A DNA stretch of 63,767 nucleotides, the filler included. It is 8 parts of 8 records of this genome, joined end to end, with 100 filler letters (N's around TTAATTAATTAA, not from the genome) between each part and the next. Parts side by side here need not be neighbours in the genome. Positions count along the whole stretch, not along the records: positions 46,265 to 58,255 come from DRR723986_19826; positions 58,356 to 63,767 come from DRR723986_19930; 6 more parts are not named here. One strand, written 5' to 3'. Shown here in pieces: positions 51,655 through 61,263 of the stretch. The notes under the pieces were generated by a model that was not told the DNA's origin, did no database searches, and saw only the letters and a program-made list of their open reading frames with translations. Positions within the stretch are counted from its first letter, which is position 1; every line of letters begins with the position of its first letter. A program made the translations under genes and the position numbers.

Positions 51655-54177
51655 GTGAGTCTTGAGAAATTTCAATACGACAATGCGATCGTGCGCAACT
51701 TTGCGTTTGCGACGGTCATTTGGGGAATTGTCGGTTTCCTGGTGGGTTTAATCATCGCCATCAAGCTGATTTTTCCCGACTTCCTTGGGTTCATCCCCGA
51801 GCTGTCGTACGGGCGATTGCGTCCCCTGCACACGAATGCTGTGATATTTGCATTTGCGGGCAATGCGATCTTTTTAGGTGTTTACTATTCGCTACAGCGT
51901 TTGTGTAAAGCGCGGATGTTTAGCGATGTGTTAAGCAAAATCAACTTTTGGGGCTGGCAGGCTATCATCGTTTCGGCCGCTATATCCTTGCCGATGGGCT
52001 TTACATCCAGCAAGGAATACGCGGAGCTGGAATGGCCAATTGACCTTGCCATCGCAATTGTCTGGATCATCTTCGGCATTAACATGTTTGGTACGATCGC
52101 CAAGCGACGTGTTAAACACATGTATGTGGCGATATGGTTCTACCTTGCGACCTTCCTCACGGTGGCCCTGCTGCACGTGGTTAACTCCTTTGAGTTGCCG
52201 ATAGACATGATGAAGAGTTACTCGCTCTTTGCCGGGGTGCAGGATGCTTTGGTCCAGTGGTGGTATGGGCATAATGCCGTAGCATTTTTCCTGACGACGC
52301 CGTTCCTGGGGATCATGTACTACTTTATTCCCAAGGCGGCTAATCGACCGGTCTTCTCGTACCGGCTCTCGATCATTCACTTCTGGGCTTTGATTTTCAT
52401 CTACATCTGGGCCGGTCCACACCACCTGCTGTACACTGCTCTGCCAGACTGGGCACAGTCGCTGGGTGTCGCCTTTTCTGTGATGCTGATTGCTCCCTCC
52501 TGGGGTGGTATGATCAATGGTTTGTTAACACTGCGCGGCGCGTGGGACAAGGTGCGTGAAAGTCCCGTACTGAAGTTCATGGTTGTGGGTGTAACGGCCT
52601 ATGGTATGGCGACCTTTGAAGGTCCGATGATGTCGCTCAAAAATGTTAATGGTCTTGTGCACTACACAGACTACATCATTGGCCACGTGCACATGGGTGC
52701 GCTGGCATGGAATGGTGGTATCACATTTGCGATGTTGTACTACATCATCCCACGCATTTTCCAGACAAAAATAGCCTCCATGCGCATGGCCAACATGCAC
52801 TTTTGGGCTGCCACGCTGGGGATTGTGTTCTATGTATTCCCAATGTATATCGGCGGGATTACGCAGAGTTTGATGTGGAGTGAATTCCGTCCTGACGGCT
52901 TCCTGGCTTACGGCAACTTCCTGGATACGGTAACACAGATTATCCCAATGTATTACCTGCGCGCCGTTGGTGGTACGCTGTTTATCATTGGTGCTGTGAT
53001 CGGTTCGATTAACCTGTTCAAAACTGCCGCTTCCGGTACGCTGTTGCGCGATGAAGCGGATGAACATCCGGCCCTGCCACGCAATCCGGTCCAATCCGGC
53101 AAAGAGAGTTGGCACCGCGCGCTGGAAGCCAAACCAACCAAGATGGCTCTGCTCGCACTGGTAGCCGTATTAATTGGTGGCGTTATCGAATACATCCCAA
53201 CTGCGATGGTAGAAGCCAACGTACCAACGATTGCAAGTGTCAAACCATATACGCCGCTTGAGCTTGAAGGCCGCGACCTTTACATCCGCGAAGGCTGTAA
53301 CAACTGCCACTCGCAGATGATTCGCCCCTTCCGCGCCGAAACTGAGCGCTACGGAGAATACTCCAAAGCCGGCGAGTTTGTCTACGACCACCCCTTCCTG
53401 TGGGGCTCCAAACGCACGGGACCGGATTTGCACCGCATCGGTGGCAAGTACGGTGACGCATGGCATTACAATCACATGCTGGACCCCGAAATCACATCTC
53501 CCGGTTCCATCATGCCGGCTTATGACTGGATGATTGAAGACGAGCTGGATTACTCGCAGATCTCCAAGAAGATTTCGGTGATGCGTACACTTGGCGTGCC
53601 CTACGAAGAAGGTTTTGAGGACCTGGCTAAAGCCGACCTTGAAGCACAGGCACTCGCAATTTCCGAAGGACTCAAAGAGAGCAATATCACAGTTGCGCCC
53701 GACCGCGAAATCATTGCGATGATCGCATATCTGCAGCGCCTGGGTACGGACATCAGCGCTGAAGCCGAAAGCGAGGAAACTGACGAAGAGGAATATGTCT
53801 CCGATGAACCGGAATGGATCGACGGCTCCGAGCTGGAATTCCTGACGGACGACGAGAGTATTGCCGCCGGACGTGAAATCTACCTTGGTGTGGGCAACTG
53901 CGCCTCCTGCCACCGCGAAGACGGCGGCGGAGATATTGGTCCGAACCTGACAGATGACATGTGGATTAACGATTGCTCCGTGGACGGAATCATTAACTAT
54001 TCGGTGACTGGCTTTGAAGGCAAACTACACATGCCCGACACTGGTGCCGAACTGTTAAGTCTTGAAGACTTGCATCTGCTCGCCAGCTACGTGTACTCAT
54101 TGCGTGGCACTGACCCTCCAGACCCCAAGGAAGGTGATGCCGACCTGGAATGGCAATGTTATGAAGACGAAGAGTAA
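51655..54177 (+). CDS. ccoN: cbb3 oxidase CcoN-CcoO fusion with an additional C-terminal CcoP-like cytochrome c domain
   Basis: YGRLRPLHT, WWYGHNAV, GPHH, IGHVH (CcoN); EGCNNCHSQMIRP, GSKRTGPDL (CcoO); then an acidic linker and NCASCH..GPNLTD..LHMP. Confidence 0.93.
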   Translation: MSLEKFQYDNAIVRNFAFATVIWGIVGFLVGLIIAIKLIFPDFLGFIPELSYGRLRPLHTNAVIFAFAGNAIFLGVYYSLQRLCKARMFSDVLSKINFWGWQAIIVSAAISLPMGFTSSKEYAELEWPIDLAIAIVWIIFGINMFGTIAKRRVKHMYVAIWFYLATFLTVALLHVVNSFELPIDMMKSYSLFAGVQDALVQWWYGHNAVAFFLTTPFLGIMYYFIPKAANRPVFSYRLSIIHFWALIFIYIWAGPHHLLYTALPDWAQSLGVAFSVMLIAPSWGGMINGLLTLRGAWDKVRESPVLKFMVVGVTAYGMATFEGPMMSLKNVNGLVHYTDYIIGHVHMGALAWNGGITFAMLYYIIPRIFQTKIASMRMANMHFWAATLGIVFYVFPMYIGGITQSLMWSEFRPDGFLAYGNFLDTVTQIIPMYYLRAVGGTLFIIGAVIGSINLFKTAASGTLLRDEADEHPALPRNPVQSGKESWHRALEAKPTKMALLALVAVLIGGVIEYIPTAMVEANVPTIASVKPYTPLELEGRDLYIREGCNNCHSQMIRPFRAETERYGEYSKAGEFVYDHPFLWGSKRTGPDLHRIGGKYGDAWHYNHMLDPEITSPGSIMPAYDWMIEDELDYSQISKKISVMRTLGVPYEEGFEDLAKADLEAQALAISEGLKESNITVAPDREIIAMIAYLQRLGTDISAEAESEETDEEEYVSDEPEWIDGSELEFLTDDESIAAGREIYLGVGNCASCHREDGGGDIGPNLTDDMWINDCSVDGIINYSVTGFEGKLHMPDTGAELLSLEDLHLLASYVYSLRGTDPPDPKEGDADLEWQCYEDEE

Positions 54178-54217
54178 TCAACCTGTAAATGCTTAACCAA
54201 AGGATCAAGGGAAAACT

Positions 54218-54421
54218 ATGTATAAAGAAGTTCTGAGCTCCGTAGAGGGCATCGACATCTTTCCGATCATTTCCCTGCTGATATTTGTTTTGTTCTTTGT
54301 AGGCCTCATTATCTGGGTCATCAAAATGGACAAACAGCATTTGCAGGATATGGCCGCTCTGCCGCTCGACAGTGACTTAAACAGTGAGCACGCAACATTG
54401 TCTTCTGGGAGGATAAAGTAA
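54218..54421 (+). CDS. ccoQ: cbb3 oxidase subunit CcoQ
   Basis: Single TM, IFPIISLLIFVLFFVG...MAALPLD; TAATG overlap with ccoP. Confidence 0.85.
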   Translation: MYKEVLSSVEGIDIFPIISLLIFVLFFVGLIIWVIKMDKQHLQDMAALPLDSDLNSEHATLSSGRIK

Positions 54422-55026
54422 TGAGTCAGGAAATGCAAGACGACAATTTGCTCAATCACGAGTACGACGGCATTCGCGAACTCGACAATCAGCTGCCGCG
54501 CTGGTGGCTCTACGGTTTCTACTTTACCATCATCTTTGGTGTGGTGTACATGCTGTACTATCACGGTATGGACGCCGGGCCAAGCTCAGCCGAAGAATAT
54601 GCCGCGGAACTGCAGGAAGCATTTGACCTGTATGGCATTGACCCCGAAAAAGGCGCCAATGACCCGGCACGCCTGATGGCGGCGATGACGATAGAGTTGC
54701 GCACCGACGAAGCCAGCCTGGCGGCCGGCAAGGAAATCTTTAACGGTAAAGGTATCTGCTATACCTGCCACAAAGAAGACCTTGGCGGTAGCATCGGCCC
54801 GAACTTAACAGATGAATATTGGCTGCACGGCTGTGACCTCAAAACAGTAGTGACGAATATCATGACCGGTTTCCCCGATAAAGGTATGATTCCATACGGC
54901 AGCGGCTCTCCCCTCACAGAGGATGAACTGATGCAGGTGTCGAGTTACATCCTATCGATGCAGGGTAGTAACCCTCCGGAACCCAAACCGGCAGATATGG
55001 AACGAGCCCAGATTTGTTCGGAATAA
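54421..55026 (+). CDS. ccoP: cbb3 oxidase subunit CcoP (monoheme)
   Basis: HEYDGIRELDNQLPRWW; a single CYTCH; GPNLTDEYWLHG; KGMIP. Confidence 0.92.
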   Translation: MSQEMQDDNLLNHEYDGIRELDNQLPRWWLYGFYFTIIFGVVYMLYYHGMDAGPSSAEEYAAELQEAFDLYGIDPEKGANDPARLMAAMTIELRTDEASLAAGKEIFNGKGICYTCHKEDLGGSIGPNLTDEYWLHGCDLKTVVTNIMTGFPDKGMIPYGSGSPLTEDELMQVSSYILSMQGSNPPEPKPADMERAQICSE

Positions 55027-55032
55027 GTTAAC

Positions 55033-55069
55033 AAAAAGGCCCGCTCGGAATTCTATCCGGCGGGCCTTT
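55033..55069 (+). terminator. Intrinsic terminator after ccoP
   Basis: AAAAGGCCCGC...GCGGGCCTTTT. Confidence 0.7.
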
Positions 55070-55170
55070 TGATGATGACGATCGGTCAGATGAAATTGGT
55101 AGACAATACAACACACTCGGTTGAATACGCGACGCCTCAATTTGTCATACAAACGCACAGTTGAAATCCC

Positions 55171-56622
55171 ATGGCCAGGCAAGACTCATCAACTCAGGAA
55201 GAAAGCTTTCGCGACAAGATGTACAATGTTGCGGAAGACGGTAAACGCCTCAAGATTTACCCCAAAAAAGTGTCGGGCAAGTTTTACAAAGGGCGAACAT
55301 GGTTTAGTTGGCTCCTGCTGACGCTGATGTTCACCGGCCCGTTCATTAAAATTAACGGCCACCAATTACTCCTGTTAAACCTCCTGGAGCGCAAGTTTGT
55401 GCTCTTTGGGGTGCCGTTCTGGCCGCAGGACTTCCACCTGGTGGTTTTGTGCGGTCTGACCTTAATAGTTTTTATCGTACTGTTTACGGCAATCTTTGGA
55501 AGGGTCTGGTGTGGCTGGGCCTGCCCGCAGACGATTTTCCTGGAGATGCTCTTCCGCAAGATTGAATACGCGATTGAAGGCGACGCTCCACGTGCGCGCA
55601 GCCTGGACCGCCGCAAATTAGACTTTGAGAAGTTCTGGAAAAAGACACTTAAACACAGCATCTTCTACGCCCTCTCATTTGTCATTGCCAATGTGTTCCT
55701 GGCCTATATTATTGGCTCGGATGAACTACTCAAAATTATCTCTGATCCGGTCAATGAACACCTTACCGGCTTCGGCATTATTCTCTTATTTAGCGGCGTC
55801 TTCTACGGCGTCTTTGCCAAGTTCCGCGAACAGGCATGTATTATCGTTTGCCCCTACGGCAGATTTCAGTCGGCGCTGGTAGATGAAAACACCATCGCCG
55901 TCACCTATGACTTTAAGCGCGGTGAATCGCGCGGGCACTTAACACGCGATGACAAAAACCGCATGCAAGCCGGCGAAGCGCTCAAAACCGCCGAACGTGG
56001 CGACTGCATCGACTGCCACCAATGTGTAGACGTCTGCCCCACCGGAATTGACATTCGCAACGGTATTCAGCTGGAATGTGTTAACTGCACGGCCTGCATC
56101 GATGCCTGCGACGAAGTGATGGACAAAATTGATCAGCCGCGCGGGCTGGTGCGTTACGCTTCACTTAACAGTATCAGGAATCCGCAAAAACGCCTCTTCA
56201 GCAAACGTGTTATCGCCTACAGCGGTGTATTACTTGTGCTGATCGGCCTGCTGGGATACTTCTTCTCAATACGCGGTGAAGTAGAAGCCACAATCCTGCG
56301 CCAGAGCGGCACACTTTACAGCGAGCTGGAAAACGGCGCATATGCCAACTTCTACTCGTACAATATTGTTAACAAAACATTTGAAGACCTGAATTACGAC
56401 ATTCGCCTGCTCAGCCCCGAAGGCGGCGAGCTACAAATGTTAACACAGGATCAAACAATCGCCGGACAAACACGCGCCACGGGCAGATTCCTGCTGCGCA
56501 TGCCCGGCAGCCTGCTGCAAGGCAAACAAACCGACATCCGTTTTGCAGTCTACGACGGCGAACGCCTGCTGGAAGTAGTTGAAACCTACTTCCTGGGGCC
56601 AACTCCCGGCGAGAATCCTTAA
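55171..56622 (+). CDS. ccoG: Cytochrome c oxidase accessory protein CcoG
   Basis: RVWCGWACPQT, CPYGRFQ, CIDCHQCVDVCPTGIDIRNG.QLECVNCTACIDAC. Confidence 0.95.
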   Translation: MARQDSSTQEESFRDKMYNVAEDGKRLKIYPKKVSGKFYKGRTWFSWLLLTLMFTGPFIKINGHQLLLLNLLERKFVLFGVPFWPQDFHLVVLCGLTLIVFIVLFTAIFGRVWCGWACPQTIFLEMLFRKIEYAIEGDAPRARSLDRRKLDFEKFWKKTLKHSIFYALSFVIANVFLAYIIGSDELLKIISDPVNEHLTGFGIILLFSGVFYGVFAKFREQACIIVCPYGRFQSALVDENTIAVTYDFKRGESRGHLTRDDKNRMQAGEALKTAERGDCIDCHQCVDVCPTGIDIRNGIQLECVNCTACIDACDEVMDKIDQPRGLVRYASLNSIRNPQKRLFSKRVIAYSGVLLVLIGLLGYFFSIRGEVEATILRQSGTLYSELENGAYANFYSYNIVNKTFEDLNYDIRLLSPEGGELQMLTQDQTIAGQTRATGRFLLRMPGSLLQGKQTDIRFAVYDGERLLEVVETYFLGPTPGENP

Positions 56623-56718
56623 TATACATTTCGGCGTTGATCGTCCGGCAGTCTGGCCCGACATCTCAGATGCCCGGGCCCATAACATTGAACCACAGCT
56701 AAGGCAGGAATAGACATT

Positions 56719-57225
56719 ATGGAAATTCACGATAAAGATTCGGCTACGCCGGGCCGCGAATCCAGCACCTGGCGGCAGGGCGGCAAGTTCTGGATCTACG
56801 GTATTTTTGGTGCCTTTGCAGTTTTCATGGGCGGCGTGGGTGTTTTCCTCTTCATCGCATTTTCGCAGGACTACGACCTGGTGCGCAAAGATTACTACGA
56901 GGCGGAAAAAACCTACGATGCACATCAGTCACGTGCACAGCGTGCGCTGGACACGGAACACACACTCGAAGTCAGCTATCAGAAAGACTCCAGGAAAATT
57001 GTGGTTGACTTCGGCAAGGGACAGACCGGCCCCGTGGTTGCGACGCTGCACCTGTACCGCGCATCCGATGCGGAAAAGGACGAAGTCCACAAGCTGGAGT
57101 TTGCCCAGGCGCCTTACAAACGGGACATCAATGCCGCACACTTAGCCCCCGGCAAATGGACGGCTAAACTCACCTGGGTTTCCGACCACGAGGAGTATTT
57201 CTCCGAAGTAGACCTGATTATTTAA
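56719..57225 (+). CDS. ccoH: FixH/CcoH family protein
   Basis: One TM, DLVRKDYYE, LYRASDAEKD; position after ccoG. Confidence 0.85.
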   Translation: MEIHDKDSATPGRESSTWRQGGKFWIYGIFGAFAVFMGGVGVFLFIAFSQDYDLVRKDYYEAEKTYDAHQSRAQRALDTEHTLEVSYQKDSRKIVVDFGKGQTGPVVATLHLYRASDAEKDEVHKLEFAQAPYKRDINAAHLAPGKWTAKLTWVSDHEEYFSEVDLII

Positions 57226-57239
57226 CGCGCGAGTTGGGC

Positions 57240-57950
57240 ATGAATGAATTTTTGTTCGCAGCACTTAGCGTAGGATTTGTAGGCAGCATCCACTGCATCG
57301 GCATGTGTGGACCGATTGCTTTGGCGCTGCCGCGCGGCGGTGGTGGCAAGCTGGCCCTGCTGGGCAGCCGTCTGCTGTATAATGGCGGCCGCATCGTGAC
57401 CTACGCGCTGCTCGGGACGCTGTTTGGCGCGGTGGGTGGATTGATCGATATTGCCGGGGCGCAACAGGGCCTCTCGATTGGCATTGGTGTGCTGGTTATC
57501 ACGATGGTGCTCCTGCCTGCCAGGCTGAAGGCGCAATTGCGCGGCACGTTGGGCGAAAATCCAATCGGCGCTTTCGTCCGTAAGGGCGTGGGTAGCCTGT
57601 TCCGCTCGCGTAAAAGTTCTGCGCTGCTTGGTATTGGCCTGCTCAATGGTTTGCTGCCCTGCGGATTTGTGTATATCGGCATTGCCGGCGCGGTACTGGG
57701 TGATGGTCCGCTGGACGGCATGCTTTACATGACCTTTTTTGGCCTGGGCACAATTCCGCTGATGCTGCTGACGAGTTTAGCGGGCGACACTTTTGGTGCT
57801 CCGCTGCGCCGCCGCATTACGCGTTTGATTCCGGCGATGGCTTTTGTTCTGGGTTTGTTGTTTATAGCGCGCGGTATGGCGCTGGACATTCCCCTGCTTA
57901 GTCCACCTGCTGCGGGATTAAATGTTGAAGATCCTGCCTGCTGCCACTGA
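57240..57950 (+). CDS. DsbD_2 / TauE-SafE family membrane protein of the cbb3 cluster
   Basis: GSIHCIGMCGPI, YNGGRIVTY, NGLLPCGFVY, FGLGTIP. Confidence 0.88.
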   Translation: MNEFLFAALSVGFVGSIHCIGMCGPIALALPRGGGGKLALLGSRLLYNGGRIVTYALLGTLFGAVGGLIDIAGAQQGLSIGIGVLVITMVLLPARLKAQLRGTLGENPIGAFVRKGVGSLFRSRKSSALLGIGLLNGLLPCGFVYIGIAGAVLGDGPLDGMLYMTFFGLGTIPLMLLTSLAGDTFGAPLRRRITRLIPAMAFVLGLLFIARGMALDIPLLSPPAAGLNVEDPACCH

Positions 57951-58355
57951 CTTGATTTTTTTGTTAGGCACTGGGTTAGAATCCTCAGGTCACTGCTGCT
58001 CGATGCTTTTTGCTCATGGGTTTGAAGTCTTGGAACTTTGAGCCCACCACAAGTTCAAAGACTCAACAGTCAAACTACAAGGCTAAAAGCTCCCAAGTTT
58101 CAAATTGGTGCGCCCAAAGGCTGCAGTCTGGTGGCACAGACATTGATTTTCGATCACAAGGCTCACAGTCTGAAGAATTGTAGAATTTCAGAGTGAATGT
58201 TATCTGAAATTCTCGAGAATTTGGACTTCAAGACACCCGGGTCGAGCCCTAAGGGNNNNNNNNNNNNNNNNNNNNNNNNNNNNNNNNNNNNNNNNNNNNT
58301 TAATTAATTAANNNNNNNNNNNNNNNNNNNNNNNNNNNNNNNNNNNNNNNNNNNN

Positions 58356-58442
58356 CACCTCCATCCCGATGACCAGTTCCCAGTCATTCTTGGCCCCCGC
58401 GATCACGCGTGGTTTCGGGGTGTCGTAAGTCAGATCAAGCAT
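58356..58442 (-). CDS. gatB: Asp/Glu-tRNA amidotransferase subunit B, 5' fragment
   Basis: Manual translation MLDLTYDTPKPRVIAGAKNDWELVIGMEV running off the contig; not in the ORF track. Confidence 0.85.
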
Positions 58443-58514
58443 GGAAGGCCCTCGTGCGTTGGCGAACGTCGAAGGTCATAGGACAGGGGGCGGGGTGCTG
58501 CAAGAGGCTGCGGC

Positions 58515-59813
58515 TTATCCAGCGCGTGCAATTGGCCCTGTGTCGGTGAAAACGATGCGTTTTCCGGCAGCAATTTCGCGTTGGAACAGTTTTGTGATGA
58601 TCCGTACGGCATCTTCGCGGCCCGCCTCGGCAAACCGTGTGGCAGAGCGGATGCGCAGATTGTTGTCAAACCCGCGGGCGGCATGGGCCCAGATCATCGG
58701 GTGCAGTTCGGTCAGGTGGCGGCGTACGATCCAATGGGCGCAATCCGCAATCTGTGCGCGGATCTGATCCACGTCATCATTGCCCGAAATCGCCTGCCCA
58801 ATGGCATTGGCGCAATAAGCGGCCAGCAGATTGGCGGTATAGGGATCGGGGCGGCGTTCAAGGATGTCGTGCAAACCCTCGATAAAGAACGGCAAATCGA
58901 GGTTGGCACAGGCCCCTTCGTCGTTGAAGATCGCGTCGAAATAGACCCATGTATAGGCACCTGCGCCCCATGTGTCTGTGGTCCGGGATGCGGTGCGGCG
59001 CGCCTCCAGCTCAAGCTCTTCGTAAGATCCGTACCAGCGCGGCAACAGGTGGTTGCCCATCGCCCGCATCACGCGCGGGTTGGCGGGGTTCAGATCAATC
59101 AGCTTTTCATATCGATCAGACACCGGCAGTCTGCCGGGTGCTGTGCCGCCCAAAAGCGCGCAGGCTGTGCCTGCCAAAAGCGCCGATTGGTGGATCTGGA
59201 TGTTAAAGTCGGAAATGATGTCCGTCGCCCGGTCAAAATGTGCGGCAAAGGCGCTGGCGTTCATCTCTGGCACATCTGCGTCCCAGCCTGTGCCGCGCCA
59301 CGCCCAACCGATATCCATATGTGCCTGTGCGACGATAGATCCGATGATGTGATCGCCCTTGTTTTCGGCCAGCACATGTTCAAGCGCTTCGATCCCGGCC
59401 AGAAGCGGCGCGCCCTTGGCCGGTTTGCCATCCATCAAGGCGTGTTCGGCGGCGGCCACAACATCGGCGCGGGCGCCATAGGCCATCAGATCGGCCACAG
59501 GCATCGCGCCCGGTGTCATCTCGCGGCGCATGTCGGCATCTTTGATGGTCTGGCTCAGTTCCGCCCAGCGTTCCTGGCGCACCAGTGTCTGGGCCTGCCG
59601 GATATGGCGATCACGCAGGGTGTCTTCGGCGGTTGGGTCGGGGCAGGCAATGCGTAGGGTGTCACGTTTGACCAGGGGGGCCAGCGGGACAATCGGATCC
59701 ATCGCGTCCTCTTGCCGGCGTGATGTGCCACGACCGGCTCCAACACGCGACTTGTCAAACAGCCCAAGCAGAGGGCTGGCGTGTTTTTGCAGAATGTCGT
59801 TCAGCGATTTCAT
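58515..59813 (-). CDS. Hypothetical helical protein (possibly DUF4034-like)
   Basis: Long ORF; IGWAWRGTGW..V motif, LLPRWYGSYEEL. Start uncertain (59813 or 59702). Confidence 0.65.
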   Translation of the reverse strand: MKSLNDILQKHASPLLGLFDKSRVGAGRGTSRRQEDAMDPIVPLAPLVKRDTLRIACPDPTAEDTLRDRHIRQAQTLVRQERWAELSQTIKDADMRREMTPGAMPVADLMAYGARADVVAAAEHALMDGKPAKGAPLLAGIEALEHVLAENKGDHIIGSIVAQAHMDIGWAWRGTGWDADVPEMNASAFAAHFDRATDIISDFNIQIHQSALLAGTACALLGGTAPGRLPVSDRYEKLIDLNPANPRVMRAMGNHLLPRWYGSYEELELEARRTASRTTDTWGAGAYTWVYFDAIFNDEGACANLDLPFFIEGLHDILERRPDPYTANLLAAYCANAIGQAISGNDDVDQIRAQIADCAHWIVRRHLTELHPMIWAHAARGFDNNLRIRSATRFAEAGREDAVRIITKLFQREIAAGKRIVFTDTGPIARAG

Positions 59814-60067
59814 CACGGGTGTGGTCCTGGTGATTTGTGTTCGAGGTCCAATCTGCCGATGATTTGGGGCGGAACCGTGACCGCGCTGCGGTGTTCTCGC
59901 GGAGAATTCGGGCTGGAAACTGCTCTGTGGCGCTGTCTGGCGCAGAATGTGCCGGATTGTTGCAAAGCGCAGGACAGTTGCGCAAATGCCGCCTTTTTGT
60001 CGCCCCGAAGCGTTAACTGGCGTTAAGAAACTTGAAAAAGCCATTGCGGGGCACCCATAGTCGCGCG

Positions 60068-60790
60068 ATGAAATCTACGTTCCTTGGGGGGGCGCTGGCG
60101 ATCTGGATGGGTGCGGGGGCAGTCCTTGCACAGACCGATACGCCTGTTGCCGTGGCATTGGTGGCCCCTTCCGATCAGACTATGCCGGCAGATACGGGGC
60201 TGAAAAAGCTGCGCCCGCCGCTGCGCCGTGCGGTGCTGCCGCGCACCCGGTGGCAACATATGAAGGGGCACAGCACATGGACCCGCGGTGCCTTGTCGGC
60301 GCTGGCGACCCACGGCAAACCGCTGACCGATCTGGTGCCTGCCGATATTGCCAAATGGTGCCCTGCCTATCCGGCAGCGGATGCACAGCAGCGGGCCGAT
60401 TTCTGGGTTGGTTTTATGTCTGCACTGGCCAAGCACGAAAGCACCTATCGGCCTTGGGCCGTGGGCGGCGGCGGGCGCTGGTATGGATTGCTGCAAATTC
60501 TGCCTGCGACGGCGCGGGGCTACAAATGCAACGCCCGTACCGGTCAATCGCTCAAAGATGGCGCGGCCAACCTAAGCTGCGCTGTGCGGATCATGGCCCA
60601 TACCGTTCCGCGTGACGGGGTGATCCATGGCTATCGGGGCCGCAAGGGGCAGGGGGTCACTGCCGATTGGGGGCCGATGCATTCCGCATCCAAACGCCGC
60701 GACATGGCCGGTTGGCTGCGCAAACAGGCCTATTGCACCCGTCTGGACAAACAGCGGCCCAAGGCGCGACCTGCCTCGCCGGACTACTGA
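60068..60790 (+). CDS. Lytic transglycosylase (SLT domain)
   Basis: Signal peptide; ALAKHES, GLLQILPATARG, ANLSCAVRIM. Confidence 0.85.
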   Translation: MKSTFLGGALAIWMGAGAVLAQTDTPVAVALVAPSDQTMPADTGLKKLRPPLRRAVLPRTRWQHMKGHSTWTRGALSALATHGKPLTDLVPADIAKWCPAYPAADAQQRADFWVGFMSALAKHESTYRPWAVGGGGRWYGLLQILPATARGYKCNARTGQSLKDGAANLSCAVRIMAHTVPRDGVIHGYRGRKGQGVTADWGPMHSASKRRDMAGWLRKQAYCTRLDKQRPKARPASPDY

Positions 60791-61263
60791 CGCAGCTGGA
60801 AATGGGTGCGCCGCACCTGCATCCCTTGTGCGCTCAAAGCATCCTCAAAGGCTTGATGCGGCGGTGTGCATTCAAAGGGCAGGCGGATCTTGCGACCGGT
60901 CTTGAGCACCGCCGTGGCCCGCACCGAAAAATCCAGCCGAGTGTCCAGACGCATATGATCAATGTCTTCAAGCGCGATCTCGGCGCTGCGGCGCCCTGTG
61001 AACCATCTGAGATCGGTCTGTGACAGATCCAGCCCGCTTTGCGTGTCGCGGGCCAGATCCCACAGCGCGGGCAGGGTGAAGGCCCCCAGAAAGGCAATGA
61101 TCCACCATGCCGCATCCAGCATCAAAAGAGCGGCAAGCAGCACCGCCCAGATCACACCAAGGGTGATGACCGTGCTGCAGTTGCGGGCGGAACGGCGAAA
61201 GCGCAGCCCGATTTCAATGGGTTCAGCGGCCTCCGGTGACATCCAGAACCGATCCTGTGACAT
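60784..61263 (-). CDS. Hypothetical membrane protein
   Basis: Two TM helices followed by a soluble domain; tightly packed after the SDR; start uncertain. Confidence 0.6.
   Translation of the reverse strand: MSQDRFWMSPEAAEPIEIGLRFRRSARNCSTVITLGVIWAVLLAALLMLDAAWWIIAFLGAFTLPALWDLARDTQSGLDLSQTDLRWFTGRRSAEIALEDIDHMRLDTRLDFSVRATAVLKTGRKIRLPFECTPPHQAFEDALSAQGMQVRRTHFQLRQ

Noticed and set aside
51655-53754. The CcoN-CcoO fusion itself as a novelty
   Set aside because: Well known in Bacteroidota; only the extra C-terminal heme domain is unusual
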